DNA from: Candidatus Dormibacteria bacterium
GTDB taxonomy: Bacteria; Chloroflexota; Dormibacteria; Aeolococcales; Bog-877
DNA length: 64,000 nucleotides
Assembly (NCBI GenBank): GCA_050734135.1
Contig: JBOHUG010000114.1
Coordinates: 38,637-102,636, forward strand
Reading direction: 5' to 3'
Below the pieces are notes generated by a model, which was given only the letters and a program-made list of their open reading frames with translations, did no database searches and was not told the origin of the DNA. The position numbers were made by a program, and so were the translations under genes. Of the stretch, positions 18,895-27,167 are shown piece by piece (the stretch's first letter is position 1; each line of letters opens with the position of its first letter).

Positions 18895-19580
18895 TCCCGA
18901 AGGGTTCCTGGCTAGCTGCCCTGGCTCTGGGCGGCTGCACCGTCCCTCTCCTCATCGGGATAGCCCTCCTGGGGCTCCTCTCGGCGGGGGCGGTGGCGGC
19001 CGGCTGGAGCTCGGTCAGCGACCTGCTGCCAGAACCTGGGGGGTTCATGCTCCCCGTCGGTGCCGACATCCCGGACGGGTCGGTCGGCTTTCCCGTCTGG
19101 GCTCTCCCCTGCGGGCCGGAGCCGGGTGCGCTGGCAGTCGATCCCAGCAGCTGCACCGGCTCGCCCAACCCGTTCCCCGCGGACTACCAGGGTTTCGCCA
19201 CCGGGCAGTGCACCTGGTACGTCGCCACTCGTCGCCGGGTGACCTGGCACACGTCCTCTGGGGAGCTGGGCGGGAATGCGGGGCAATGGCTGCAGCTGGC
19301 GTCCGATTCCGGCTACGAAGTGGGCCCCGACCCGCAGGTGGGCGCCATCGCCGTCTACACCGACGCTGGCGCGGGTCATGTCGCGCTGGTGGTCGGGGTC
19401 GCCGCCTCAGGAAACTACACGGTGGCGGAAGCCAACTGGGTGTTTCTCGGTCCGCGGGCGCCCTACGTGGACTTGCGCGGGGTCGCTGCCGGGACGACAG
19501 GCGATGTCTTCGAGAAGTTGGCCGGCTTCATCTACGGTCCCCAGCAGGCTGGTCCGGGGGCGAACGGCACCCTATCCTGA
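18891..19580 (+). CDS. Membrane-anchored CHAP-domain peptidoglycan hydrolase (VirB1-analogue of Gram-positive T4SS)
   Basis: N-terminal TM, then CHAP catalytic Cys motif GQCTWYVA and His region GHVALVV. Translationally coupled to virB4 (ATGA overlap). Confidence 0.75.
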   Translation: MIPKGSWLAALALGGCTVPLLIGIALLGLLSAGAVAAGWSSVSDLLPEPGGFMLPVGADIPDGSVGFPVWALPCGPEPGALAVDPSSCTGSPNPFPADYQGFATGQCTWYVATRRRVTWHTSSGELGGNAGQWLQLASDSGYEVGPDPQVGAIAVYTDAGAGHVALVVGVAASGNYTVAEANWVFLGPRAPYVDLRGVAAGTTGDVFEKLAGFIYGPQQAGPGANGTLS

Positions 19581-19609
19581 GGTGGTGCTCTGTGGGGGAC
19601 GGCGGCCCG

Positions 19610-19873
19610 ATGCCTGACCTCAGTGTTCCGGGGCCAAGCCGTCTGCGCGCGGTTGACGCCCTCGCCGCGGACACGCGCTCGTTGCTGCGCCGGGCCACGA
19701 AGGTGCAGCGACAAACCGCTGACCTTGGTGAGACGGCGATTACTGAGCAAGGTCAATTGGTGGTGGAGGTGACGGAGCGGCTCCTCGGCAGCCTGGAGGA
19801 TCTGCGCCGCGACGAACGACTGCTCGCGCGCCAGAATCTCCAGGGAATTGGGGGGGATTCCGACCAACCGTAA
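19610..19873 (+). CDS. Small hypothetical coiled-coil protein (last gene of module A), uncertain
   Basis: 87-aa ORF, charged and helical (LEDLRRDERLLARQNL), lying between the CHAP gene and a hairpin terminator. No recognisable domain. Confidence 0.3.
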   Translation: MPDLSVPGPSRLRAVDALAADTRSLLRRATKVQRQTADLGETAITEQGQLVVEVTERLLGSLEDLRRDERLLARQNLQGIGGDSDQP

Positions 19874-19920
19874 GAGTGCGGTGTTCCCCAGGGCGGCTCC
19901 GCTCGCAGGCTTTGTACTGG

Positions 19921-19952
19921 TCCGGTGGTCCCCCGGACCGCTGTCTTCTCCG
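19921..19952 (+). terminator. Candidate intrinsic terminator of the T4SS-like operon
   Basis: GGTCCGG-TGGTCCC-CCGGACC stem-loop followed by a U-rich tract (GCUGUCUUCUCC), ~50 nt after the last + strand ORF. Confidence 0.3.
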
Positions 19953-20385
19953 CCGCGTCGATCGCGCTGGGTTAGTTGCACCGTGTCAGCGAGAATCGGG
20001 TGCGGTTTGCGTTTTCCGGTCGGCCGAAACCGCAATGGGCGGCCGCCCCGGGGGCGCGTCGCCGCGCGCTCCGATCGGCAATGGATCGACACCGGCCGCG
20101 AACCGAACGACAGCCAGATCAACGCAATCAAGCCGGTTTCCACCATCTTTTCCAGAAGATCCCGGGCCCCTCCGGATGACCCTAGCTTCGGGTTCGCGTC
20201 GGTACACTTCCGACAAATAATGCGGTAGCCGCCGCCGCACAGCGAAGGTGCTTGAGGGAGCGATGGGCGGGTCAGTGTCGGGCCACACGCGCTCCCGCTC
20301 TCCACCGCAATTCGCTGCCGCCTGGCCCGGTTCATCAATCGCTCGGCCAAACGCGGCGGGACGGAGACCAACTGGACAACGTGTG

Positions 20386-20952
20386 CTAATTCGGACGACT
20401 GCTTTTCTCCCATTCGCGAATCCCCTTCAGTCGGGGGCGCCTCTCTGCGATCATCCCCACCAGAGCGTCGGCGGCTTGTCGCTCGAACCGAAGTTGGAAC
20501 CCCTCGGGCGGGTGTCGCACCAGGTTCTCGGCTTGGTTCGAGTGGCCCCGGGTGAGCCGCTCCACGGTCACCCCGGTGGTGTTGACGGTGAACACGACGA
20601 TCCGGTTACCCGGAATGGTGACCTCGACGCTCTCCAGTGAGGCCCAGGTCGCAACCAGGTCGCAGTTCCGGACCACTCGCCGGATGCCGCGAGGACCGAC
20701 AAAGATTTCGTTGTGGCCCTGCCCGATGTAAGAAGCCACCGCGACCAGAATCGTGGCGAAAAGGCAGAGCAGCAAGACAGCCCAATTACGGCTCAGCAGC
20801 GTCAACACCAGCCCCACCGGAATCAGAACCGCTCCGACCGTGGTCCCGGCACTGAACGCCGCCCGCCGACGGTGAACCTCAGACGACCGGATCCGGAGCT
20901 CGTCGTCGTTGGCGCCCCCGCCGCGGTTGACCTCAGCCATCGCGGTACTCAC
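20386..20952 (-). CDS. Membrane protein with bacterial PH (YdbT-like) domain
   Basis: 188 aa; two N-terminal TM helices then a ~100-aa segment with bPH_2-like topology. Hypothetical. Confidence 0.5.
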   Translation of the reverse strand: MSTAMAEVNRGGGANDDELRIRSSEVHRRRAAFSAGTTVGAVLIPVGLVLTLLSRNWAVLLLCLFATILVAVASYIGQGHNEIFVGPRGIRRVVRNCDLVATWASLESVEVTIPGNRIVVFTVNTTGVTVERLTRGHSNQAENLVRHPPEGFQLRFERQAADALVGMIAERRPRLKGIREWEKSSRPN

Positions 20953-20967
20953 CAGTAGCCGGTTGAC

Positions 20968-21849
20968 TCATGGCGCCGCCACCCGAGCCCGACCCAGCAG
21001 CCACCCGACCGCCAGGGTGGCGCCCGCCAGCGCCGGGAGCACGAAGGGATGACCGCCTCGGGAGCGTTCACGTCGGGGTCCGAGCCGGTCCGCCCCTACC
21101 AATCCTGCACATGCCGCGGCGCCGCCCCAGGCCCAGCGGCGACCACCGGTCGGAGTGCTGACGGCCACCGCGAGCGCACCCGAGCCCAGGAGGAGATGGC
21201 TCGCAGCCCGGGAGCCCTGATCTCCCAGCAGGACGGGCAGGCTCCTCCGGCCAGCCAGCCGGTCCCGCTCAATGTCCGGGCCGCCATTGGCGAGGTGGAG
21301 CCCCACCCCCAGCCCAGCTGCGAGCACTGCGGCCTGCCCCCGACCCGGCAGCGGAAGGCCGACTGCGGCCGGCCCCAGGAGCGGCACGGTGCTCAGCCCG
21401 GTTGCAAAAGGCAAGAACGAGAACGGCGTGCGGCTGAGCCCCAGGCTGTAGCTCCATCCGCTCGCCAGGCCCACCAGCATCACTCGGAGGGCGGCCCTCC
21501 CTGCCAGCCTGGCGAAGAGCGCCGAGGCGCCCCCGCAGGCGATGCCGATCAGCCAGGCGTCACGGCGGGAAACCGCTCCCTGGGCAATGGGTTTGTACGG
21601 TTGGTGGGTCCGGTCCCAGGGAGCGTCAAAGGCGTCATTGAGCACCCCTGTGCTGACCTGAGCCAGAGCCATCGCCGCGCTCGCGCACGCCAGCCTGGCC
21701 GCCCACCCCGCTTCCAGGCGGGATTGCCCCGCCTGACGCCAGGCGCTCCATCCGGCGACGGTGGTCACCGCGGTGCAGACCGCGGATGGTCCCGGATGCA
21801 GCAGCTGCAGGTAGCCGCGCACGCCCCGAACCCACCCGAACTTTGGCAT
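20968..21849 (-). CDS. UbiA-family aromatic prenyltransferase
   Basis: Multi-TM protein with the UbiA Asp-rich motif NDAFDAPWDR. The ORF extends to 21885, but the internal start at MPKF (21849) avoids overlap with divergent hemE. Confidence 0.7.
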   Translation of the reverse strand: MPKFGWVRGVRGYLQLLHPGPSAVCTAVTTVAGWSAWRQAGQSRLEAGWAARLACASAAMALAQVSTGVLNDAFDAPWDRTHQPYKPIAQGAVSRRDAWLIGIACGGASALFARLAGRAALRVMLVGLASGWSYSLGLSRTPFSFLPFATGLSTVPLLGPAAVGLPLPGRGQAAVLAAGLGVGLHLANGGPDIERDRLAGRRSLPVLLGDQGSRAASHLLLGSGALAVAVSTPTGGRRWAWGGAAACAGLVGADRLGPRRERSRGGHPFVLPALAGATLAVGWLLGRARVAAP

Positions 21850-21890
21850 GCTCACCAGGTCATGGTCGCTCCACCTCCGGCCCATTCGCC

Positions 21891-22949
21891 GTGACGGAGG
21901 GCGCCGAACGCTTCTTGGCGGCCACCCGCCGCCAGGCGACCGATGCTACCCCGGTCTGGTTCATGCGCCAGGCTGGCCGCTCCCTGCCCCAGTACCGTGC
22001 CCTGCGCGAGCGCTTCGGCTTTCTGGAGCTGGCCACCAATCCCGAGCTGAGTGTCGATGTCACCTGTCTGCCGGTGGAGCTCCTGGGCGTGGACGCGGCT
22101 GTGGTCTTCGCCGACATCATGCTGCCGCTCCAGGGAATGGCGGTAGATTTCGAGATTCGCGAGAGCGTCGGACCGGTGATCGCTCGGCCGATCCGCTCCG
22201 AGCGCCAAGTGAGCGAGCTGCGGGTGGTGGCTGCCGAGGAGGCCACTCCCTACCTCTTTCCAGCCATTCGAGCGACCCGCGCGCGTTTGGGGAGAAAGGC
22301 CGCAGTGGTCGGGTTCGGGGCGGCCCCCTTCACACTCGCGTGCTATCTCGTCGAGGGTCAGGGGAGCCGGGATTATCCCCACGTTCGGTCTTTGATTCGC
22401 TCCGAGCCCGGGCTCTGGGACCGGCTGATGACCACCCTGACCGAAGTCCTGGCCCGATACCTGATCGCCCAGGCCCAGGCCGGCGCCGACGTGGTGCAGC
22501 TGTTCGACAGCTGGATCGGAGCGCTGGACCAAGCCACCTTTGTGCGCCACGTCGCCCCTCACCTCCAGACTCTGATCGGGCGGCTGCGGCCGATGTTACC
22601 GGTCATCTACTTCTCCACCTCCTCGAGCCACCTACTCCGGGCGGTTGCCGGCACTCAGCCCGATGGGATATCTGTCGATTGGCGGGTGCCGCTGCGGCAG
22701 GCGTGGGAGGTGGTGGGCAGGGAGCGATTCATCCAGGGCAACCTCGATCCGGCCCTGGTACTGGCTCCCTGGCCCGTTCTGGAGGTGAGCGCCCACGAGG
22801 TGCTCAAGGAAGCGGAGCACCGTCCCGGGCACATCTTCAACCTGGGGCACGGGGTGCTCCCGGACTCTGACCCGGACCAGCTCCGGCGGCTGGTGGAGCT
22901 TGTCCACGAGTGGGGGCCCACGGTCGAAGCCGAGGAAGACAGCCGCTGA
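21891..22949 (+). CDS. hemE: Uroporphyrinogen decarboxylase
   Basis: PVWFMRQAGR signature near the N-terminus; ~352 aa when started at the GTG at 21891 (the ORF track extends artefactually upstream to 21786). Confidence 0.85.
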   Translation: MTEGAERFLAATRRQATDATPVWFMRQAGRSLPQYRALRERFGFLELATNPELSVDVTCLPVELLGVDAAVVFADIMLPLQGMAVDFEIRESVGPVIARPIRSERQVSELRVVAAEEATPYLFPAIRATRARLGRKAAVVGFGAAPFTLACYLVEGQGSRDYPHVRSLIRSEPGLWDRLMTTLTEVLARYLIAQAQAGADVVQLFDSWIGALDQATFVRHVAPHLQTLIGRLRPMLPVIYFSTSSSHLLRAVAGTQPDGISVDWRVPLRQAWEVVGRERFIQGNLDPALVLAPWPVLEVSAHEVLKEAEHRPGHIFNLGHGVLPDSDPDQLRRLVELVHEWGPTVEAEEDSR

Positions 22950-22954
22950 GTCGC

Positions 22955-23080
22955 GGTAACTCGGCACTGAATTCGGTGTGAATTCCTGGTGAACTAGCGG
23001 GGGGGAGCCATTCCGGATCGTCCGGGTTGACCGGAGCCCAGCCCATGGGTTACCTTCCAGCCTCGCACCGTACGCGCTTA
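22955..23080 (+). promoter_or_regulatory. Candidate ydaO-type (c-di-AMP) riboswitch / structured 5' leader of the coiled-coil CHAP hydrolase gene
   Basis: 126-nt leader containing GGUGUGAAUUCC...GCGGGGGGGAGCC...CCGGAUCGUCCGG hairpin...GACCGGAGCCCAGCCCAUGGGUUACC. These GAAU / CGGGGAGCC / CCCA elements recall ydaO-yuaA. Such riboswitches are known upstream of cell-wall hydrolase genes in Actinobacteria. Confidence 0.3.
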
Positions 23081-23093
23081 TGTGGGAGGACGT

Positions 23094-24092
23094 ATGCGCG
23101 GAGCCCGCTTTGCTGGGCGCGCCTGGCTTGCTGCCGGCGTGGCCGGATTGGTATGGGTCTCCTCGATCTTTGGACCGGGCCTCGGAGCCGTAGCTCAGCA
23201 ATCGACCGACGCTGCCAACCAGCAAGCTCTCACGAACCTCCTCAATCAGTTGGAGGCCCAAGGAGAGGTCGCCAGCGCCAGCTCGGTCAGGATCCTGCTG
23301 ACAAAGATTGAGGCGAACCAAGAGGCGCTCAACTCGCTGAATCAGCAGTTGAGCACCGACCAAACGACCCAGCAGGTGCTGCAGGTTCAACTGTCCGGCG
23401 ATCGCCAGGCCTTGATCAGTCTGGTCAGCACCGCCTACGTCGACGGAAACGGGGCTGCCGAAGTCGCCACCGCCCTGGCCTCCCCTGACATGACCCAATT
23501 TTTCGACAACTCCACCCTGCCTGACGCCATCGCCTCCCAGGTGGCTCAGCTGGTGAACTCGATTCAGCACGATCAGCAGTCCATCGCCAAAGCGCAGCAG
23601 CAGCTTCTCGCCGATGAGGGCAGCGCCCAATCGATCCAGGGTCAGCTGGGGATCCAGTCCAACGAGCTGTTGGCCGAGCTAGTCCACCCGTCCGCCGCCG
23701 TCGGCACGGGCGACTGGGCCTTCGCCTTCGGTACCTGCACCTACTGGGCGGCGGGCCAGTGGCGGGCCAACGGCTGGGACGTCAACTGGGGTGGGGATGC
23801 CTACCAGTGGTGGGCCAATGCCGCCGCCGCCGGCCACGCGGAGGGCAGCACTCCTGAAGTGGGCGCGATCGTGGTCTGGCCGCCGGATTCAGGAGGGGCG
23901 TCGGACGCGGGTCATGTCGCCTACGTCACCGCGGTCGACGTGCCTGGCGCCGGCTCCCCCAACAACTTTGAAGTCTCCGAGATGAACTACTACGGCAACG
24001 GCGGAGGCTTCGACAAGGTCGACTACCGGGTTGTTCCGGACTCGGGCTCCGGCTTCGACGGGTTCATCTACCCGCCCAGCGGCGGCTCGTGA
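23094..24092 (+). CDS. Secreted coiled-coil + CHAP-domain peptidoglycan hydrolase (PcsB/RipC-like)
   Basis: Signal peptide, ~180 aa Q/L-rich heptad region, then C-terminal CHAP (FGTCTYWAAGQW...GAIVVW...GHVAYV). The ATG at 23094 has a GGGAGGA RBS. Confidence 0.75.
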   Translation: MRGARFAGRAWLAAGVAGLVWVSSIFGPGLGAVAQQSTDAANQQALTNLLNQLEAQGEVASASSVRILLTKIEANQEALNSLNQQLSTDQTTQQVLQVQLSGDRQALISLVSTAYVDGNGAAEVATALASPDMTQFFDNSTLPDAIASQVAQLVNSIQHDQQSIAKAQQQLLADEGSAQSIQGQLGIQSNELLAELVHPSAAVGTGDWAFAFGTCTYWAAGQWRANGWDVNWGGDAYQWWANAAAAGHAEGSTPEVGAIVVWPPDSGGASDAGHVAYVTAVDVPGAGSPNNFEVSEMNYYGNGGGFDKVDYRVVPDSGSGFDGFIYPPSGGS

Positions 24093-24093
24093 G

Positions 24094-24729
24094 GTGGCGC
24101 AGCTAACCTGGCCGGCCTACACGCCCAGGGTCGCCCTCACCCTCCGAAACGATGAGAAGACCCCGGCGCGGCGGCTCCCGTTGCTGGCCAGCCGGCTCCG
24201 CTGGATCCTGGCCGCGTCGGTGCTGCTGGTCAGCACACCGGTGCTGGGTGCGCTGGCGACAGGCGGCGCCTCAGGGCCACCCTCTACGGCCCCGGCGGCA
24301 ATTGCGCAGGTGGCCAGCCAGGCCCGCAGCATTCTCTCCGTCACCGACTATCAGGTGACCCTGCCGCTCCAGGAAGCCCAGGTACTGCCGCCGCCGCCAC
24401 CACCGGCCGTGGCGGCGGGAATGCCCTTCGGTTCAGCGTTCTGGCAGGCGGTGCCGGAACCTCCAACCGGCACCATCATGCAGATCATCTGGTCGGCGGC
24501 CCAGCAGTACAACGTCTCGTACACCTGGCTACTCGGTGTGGCTCAGTGCGAATCGGGCCTGAATCCCACCGACGTCAACAGGTCCTCGGGTGCCAGCGGC
24601 CTCTTCCAATTCATGCCAGCGACCTTCCATGCCCACGGGGGCACCGATATCTGGGACCCGGTGCAGCAGTCCGACATCGCCGCCAAAATGTTCTCGATCG
24701 GCGAGTCGGGGGAGTGGGTCTGCAAGTAG
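24094..24729 (+). CDS. Lytic transglycosylase (SLT domain) protein
   Basis: Signal/TM (RWILAASVLLVSTPVLGALA), Pro-rich linker, then SLT motifs AQCESGLNP...SGASGLFQFMPATF. Start assigned to the GTG at 24094 immediately after the preceding stop. Confidence 0.65.
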   Translation: MAQLTWPAYTPRVALTLRNDEKTPARRLPLLASRLRWILAASVLLVSTPVLGALATGGASGPPSTAPAAIAQVASQARSILSVTDYQVTLPLQEAQVLPPPPPPAVAAGMPFGSAFWQAVPEPPTGTIMQIIWSAAQQYNVSYTWLLGVAQCESGLNPTDVNRSSGASGLFQFMPATFHAHGGTDIWDPVQQSDIAAKMFSIGESGEWVCK

Positions 24730-24806
24730 GCTGAAGCTGTTGCTCCGGTTCCGGGAGGACCGGGCCGCAGTGGGCGCCGGCTGGCCTCCCCACTTAAACT
24801 CTCTCG

Positions 24807-25976
24807 GTGCCTGTTGTCGACAGATCCCCAGACCTCACCGGACTGCGCAGCTGGCTGATTGAACTCCAACCACGGTGGCTGGCGCTTCTGGAGGCCCTGG
24901 TCCGCTCCGAGTCGCCGAGCGGAGACCCGGTCGGGCTGACCAAGTGCGCGGACCTGGTCGAAGAGCTCTTTCTGGACGGCGTGGGGGTGACGGAGAGTCG
25001 CCGACTAGACGAGCGGGGCGTACCAGTTCTCCTGTTCCGCTGGGGCCTTTCCGAGGGACCTGCTCCGCTGCTCCTGGGGCATCTGGATACGGTCTGGGCC
25101 AACGGCGCCTTTCAGCCGGTCTACGCGATGTCCCAGGGCCGAGCCCGCGGACCCGGGGTATTCGACATGAAGGGCGGGTTAGTGGTCGCCCTGGCAGCCC
25201 TGGCCGGGCTCCAGGAGGCGAGCGGTCCTCGTGGGGGTGTGTCGGTCCTGTTGACCGGCGATGAGGAGGTCGGCAGCACCACATCGCGTGAACTGATCGA
25301 GGAGGAGGCAAAACGGAGCGCCGGGGTGCTGGTTTTGGAGCCGCCTCTGGGAAGAGCGGTGAAGATCGCTCGCAAGGGCATCGGGGGGTACCAGCTCACC
25401 GTCTGCGGTCGGGCCGCCCACGCCGGCTTGGATCCCGAGAAGGGGGTGAATTCACTGGTGGCGATCGCTCCCCTGGTCGCCGAGGTGGCGGCACTGGCAC
25501 GACCTGAGCTGGGTACGACCGTCTCCCCAACCGTGCTGCAGGCCGGTACTCGGACCAATGTGATTCCGGCACAGGCGCAACTGCAGGTCGACGTGCGCTT
25601 CGCAACCGCAGCCGAGGCAGAGCGAGTGGAGGCGGGGATGCAGGGCCTCCGGGTGACGCTCCGGGAGGCTCGCCTGAAGGTGGAGGGCGGCGTGAACCGC
25701 CCACCCTTCGAGAGGGCCTCCTCGATTGATCTCTTCGCGCTGGCCCAGGAGGCGGCCCAGGAGCTCGACTGGCCCGCGCTCGAGGGCGCAGCAGTGGGCG
25801 GTGGCAGCGACGGCAACTTCACCGCCGCTCTGGGGGTTCCAACCCTGGACGGAATGGGAATCGTGGGTGGCAACGCCCATGCCGAAGGCGAGTGGGCGGA
25901 GCTGGGCTCAATCCCCGATCGGGCCGCACTGCTCGCCGGCTGCGTGACCAGAATTTGGGAGGGTCGGCTGACGTGA
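24807..25976 (+). CDS. M20-family metallopeptidase (ArgE/DapE/CPG2-like)
   Basis: GHLDTV metal-binding motif, GPGVFDMKGG, catalytic TGDEEVGS and dimerisation-domain layout. 389 aa. Confidence 0.75.
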   Translation: MPVVDRSPDLTGLRSWLIELQPRWLALLEALVRSESPSGDPVGLTKCADLVEELFLDGVGVTESRRLDERGVPVLLFRWGLSEGPAPLLLGHLDTVWANGAFQPVYAMSQGRARGPGVFDMKGGLVVALAALAGLQEASGPRGGVSVLLTGDEEVGSTTSRELIEEEAKRSAGVLVLEPPLGRAVKIARKGIGGYQLTVCGRAAHAGLDPEKGVNSLVAIAPLVAEVAALARPELGTTVSPTVLQAGTRTNVIPAQAQLQVDVRFATAAEAERVEAGMQGLRVTLREARLKVEGGVNRPPFERASSIDLFALAQEAAQELDWPALEGAAVGGGSDGNFTAALGVPTLDGMGIVGGNAHAEGEWAELGSIPDRAALLAGCVTRIWEGRLT

Positions 25977-27106
25977 CAGAGAAGCTACCGCCATTGGTGG
26001 TGGAGGTCGCCCGACTGCGAGTGGTCGAGTTACCGCTAGTCTCGCCGTTCACCACCAGCTTCGGGACCCAGACCGTGCGCCGGGCTCTGCTGGTGGAGGT
26101 GGAAGGCGACGGCGTCGCCGGTGTCGGCGAGTGCGCGGCGGGGATCGAGCCCGGGTACTCCTCTGAGACCTGCGCCGGGGCGCTGCTAGCGCTGCGGGAG
26201 AACATTCTGCCCGCGGTCCTAGCCGGGTCTGCGGCCGATGTCGCGGGACAGGCCGCCAGCTGGGCCTGGGTCCGCGGTCACCACATGGCCAAGGCAGCGG
26301 TCGAGATGGCTCTGCTGGATCAGGCGGGCCGGGCCAGCGGTCGGAGTCTCTCTCAGATCCTAGGTGGGGTTCGCACCCGGATCAGCTGCGGGGTGAGCAT
26401 CGGCATCCAGGGATCGCTGGCGGCAACCCTCACTGCGATCGAGGGGTACCTGGCAGAGGGCTACCAGCGAATCAAGTTGAAGTGCAAGCCCGGCTACGAC
26501 GTGGAGCTGGCCCGCTCGGTCCGCCAGCGCTTCCCGGGGACCCCGGTCATGCTTGACGCCAACAGCGCCTACTCCCTTCACGACCTAGAACAGTTGCGGG
26601 CGCTAGACGAATTCGACCTGATGATGATCGAGCAGCCGCTCGCCCACGACGACCTGATCGACCACGCCGCCCTCCAGGCGCAGATCGACACCTCGATCTG
26701 CCTGGACGAGAGCGTCGAGTCGCTGACAGACCTTCGGGCCGCAATCGCGCTGGGCTCGGGAAGGATCCTCAACATCAAAGCGGGTCGGATCGGCGGGCTG
26801 CTGCCTTCGGTCGCGCTGCACGACGCCTGCGGTGAGGCGGGCTGGCCCGTCTGGTGCGGTGGAATGCTCGAGACCGGGGTCGGCCGGGCGGCCAATCTGG
26901 CTCTCGCTTCGCTTCCGGGGTTCACTCTCCCCGGGGATACCTCGGCCAGCGACCGTTACTTCCAGCAGGATGTGCTCGTCCAGCCCTTCCAGCTCTCCCC
27001 CGACGGAACCATGGGGGTCCCGACCGGACCCGGTCTGGGGATCGAGGTCGACCGACGCCGCCTCGACGAGATCACCGTCCACCTGGAGGTACTGACCGCG
27101 CGGTGA
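25973..27106 (+). CDS. Enolase-superfamily enzyme (OSBS / N-succinylamino-acid racemase / dipeptide epimerase group)
   Basis: MR/MLE layout with KxK (IKLKCK) and metal ligands (MLDAN, MMIEQP, CLDES). The GTG start overlaps the M20 stop by 4 nt. Confidence 0.8.
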   Translation: MTEKLPPLVVEVARLRVVELPLVSPFTTSFGTQTVRRALLVEVEGDGVAGVGECAAGIEPGYSSETCAGALLALRENILPAVLAGSAADVAGQAASWAWVRGHHMAKAAVEMALLDQAGRASGRSLSQILGGVRTRISCGVSIGIQGSLAATLTAIEGYLAEGYQRIKLKCKPGYDVELARSVRQRFPGTPVMLDANSAYSLHDLEQLRALDEFDLMMIEQPLAHDDLIDHAALQAQIDTSICLDESVESLTDLRAAIALGSGRILNIKAGRIGGLLPSVALHDACGEAGWPVWCGGMLETGVGRAANLALASLPGFTLPGDTSASDRYFQQDVLVQPFQLSPDGTMGVPTGPGLGIEVDRRRLDEITVHLEVLTAR

Positions 27107-27167
27107 TCAGGCTGGGTTCGTCTCCGGGCAACTGGCGAGGCCGGCCTGGGGTACGATCGCCCGGCTA

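Noticed and set aside
19874-20385. Possible RNase P RNA or tmRNA in the convergent gap
   Set aside because: Eye searches on both strands for GGAAAGUCCGGGC / ACAGAACCCGGCUUA (RNase P) and for a tRNA-like GGUUCGAnUCC...UCCACCA end with an ALAA-type tag ORF (tmRNA) found no match. One TCCACCA occurs, but without a T-arm.
19532-20413. 293-aa minus-strand ORF spanning the 510-bp gap
   Set aside because: It overlaps the CHAP gene end and the small + ORF. It is extremely Arg/Pro/Gly-rich with no domain, so the region is treated as non-coding and reported as a finding.
21786-21890. Upstream extension of the hemE ORF overlapping the UbiA-family gene start
   Set aside because: The HemE N-terminal signature begins right after the GTG at 21891. 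The extension would overlap the divergent gene on the opposite strand.
22632-23630. 332-aa minus-strand ORF across the hemE end, the candidate riboswitch and the CHAP gene start
   Set aside because: Antisense to two supported genes with no motifs. It would obliterate the intergenic leader.
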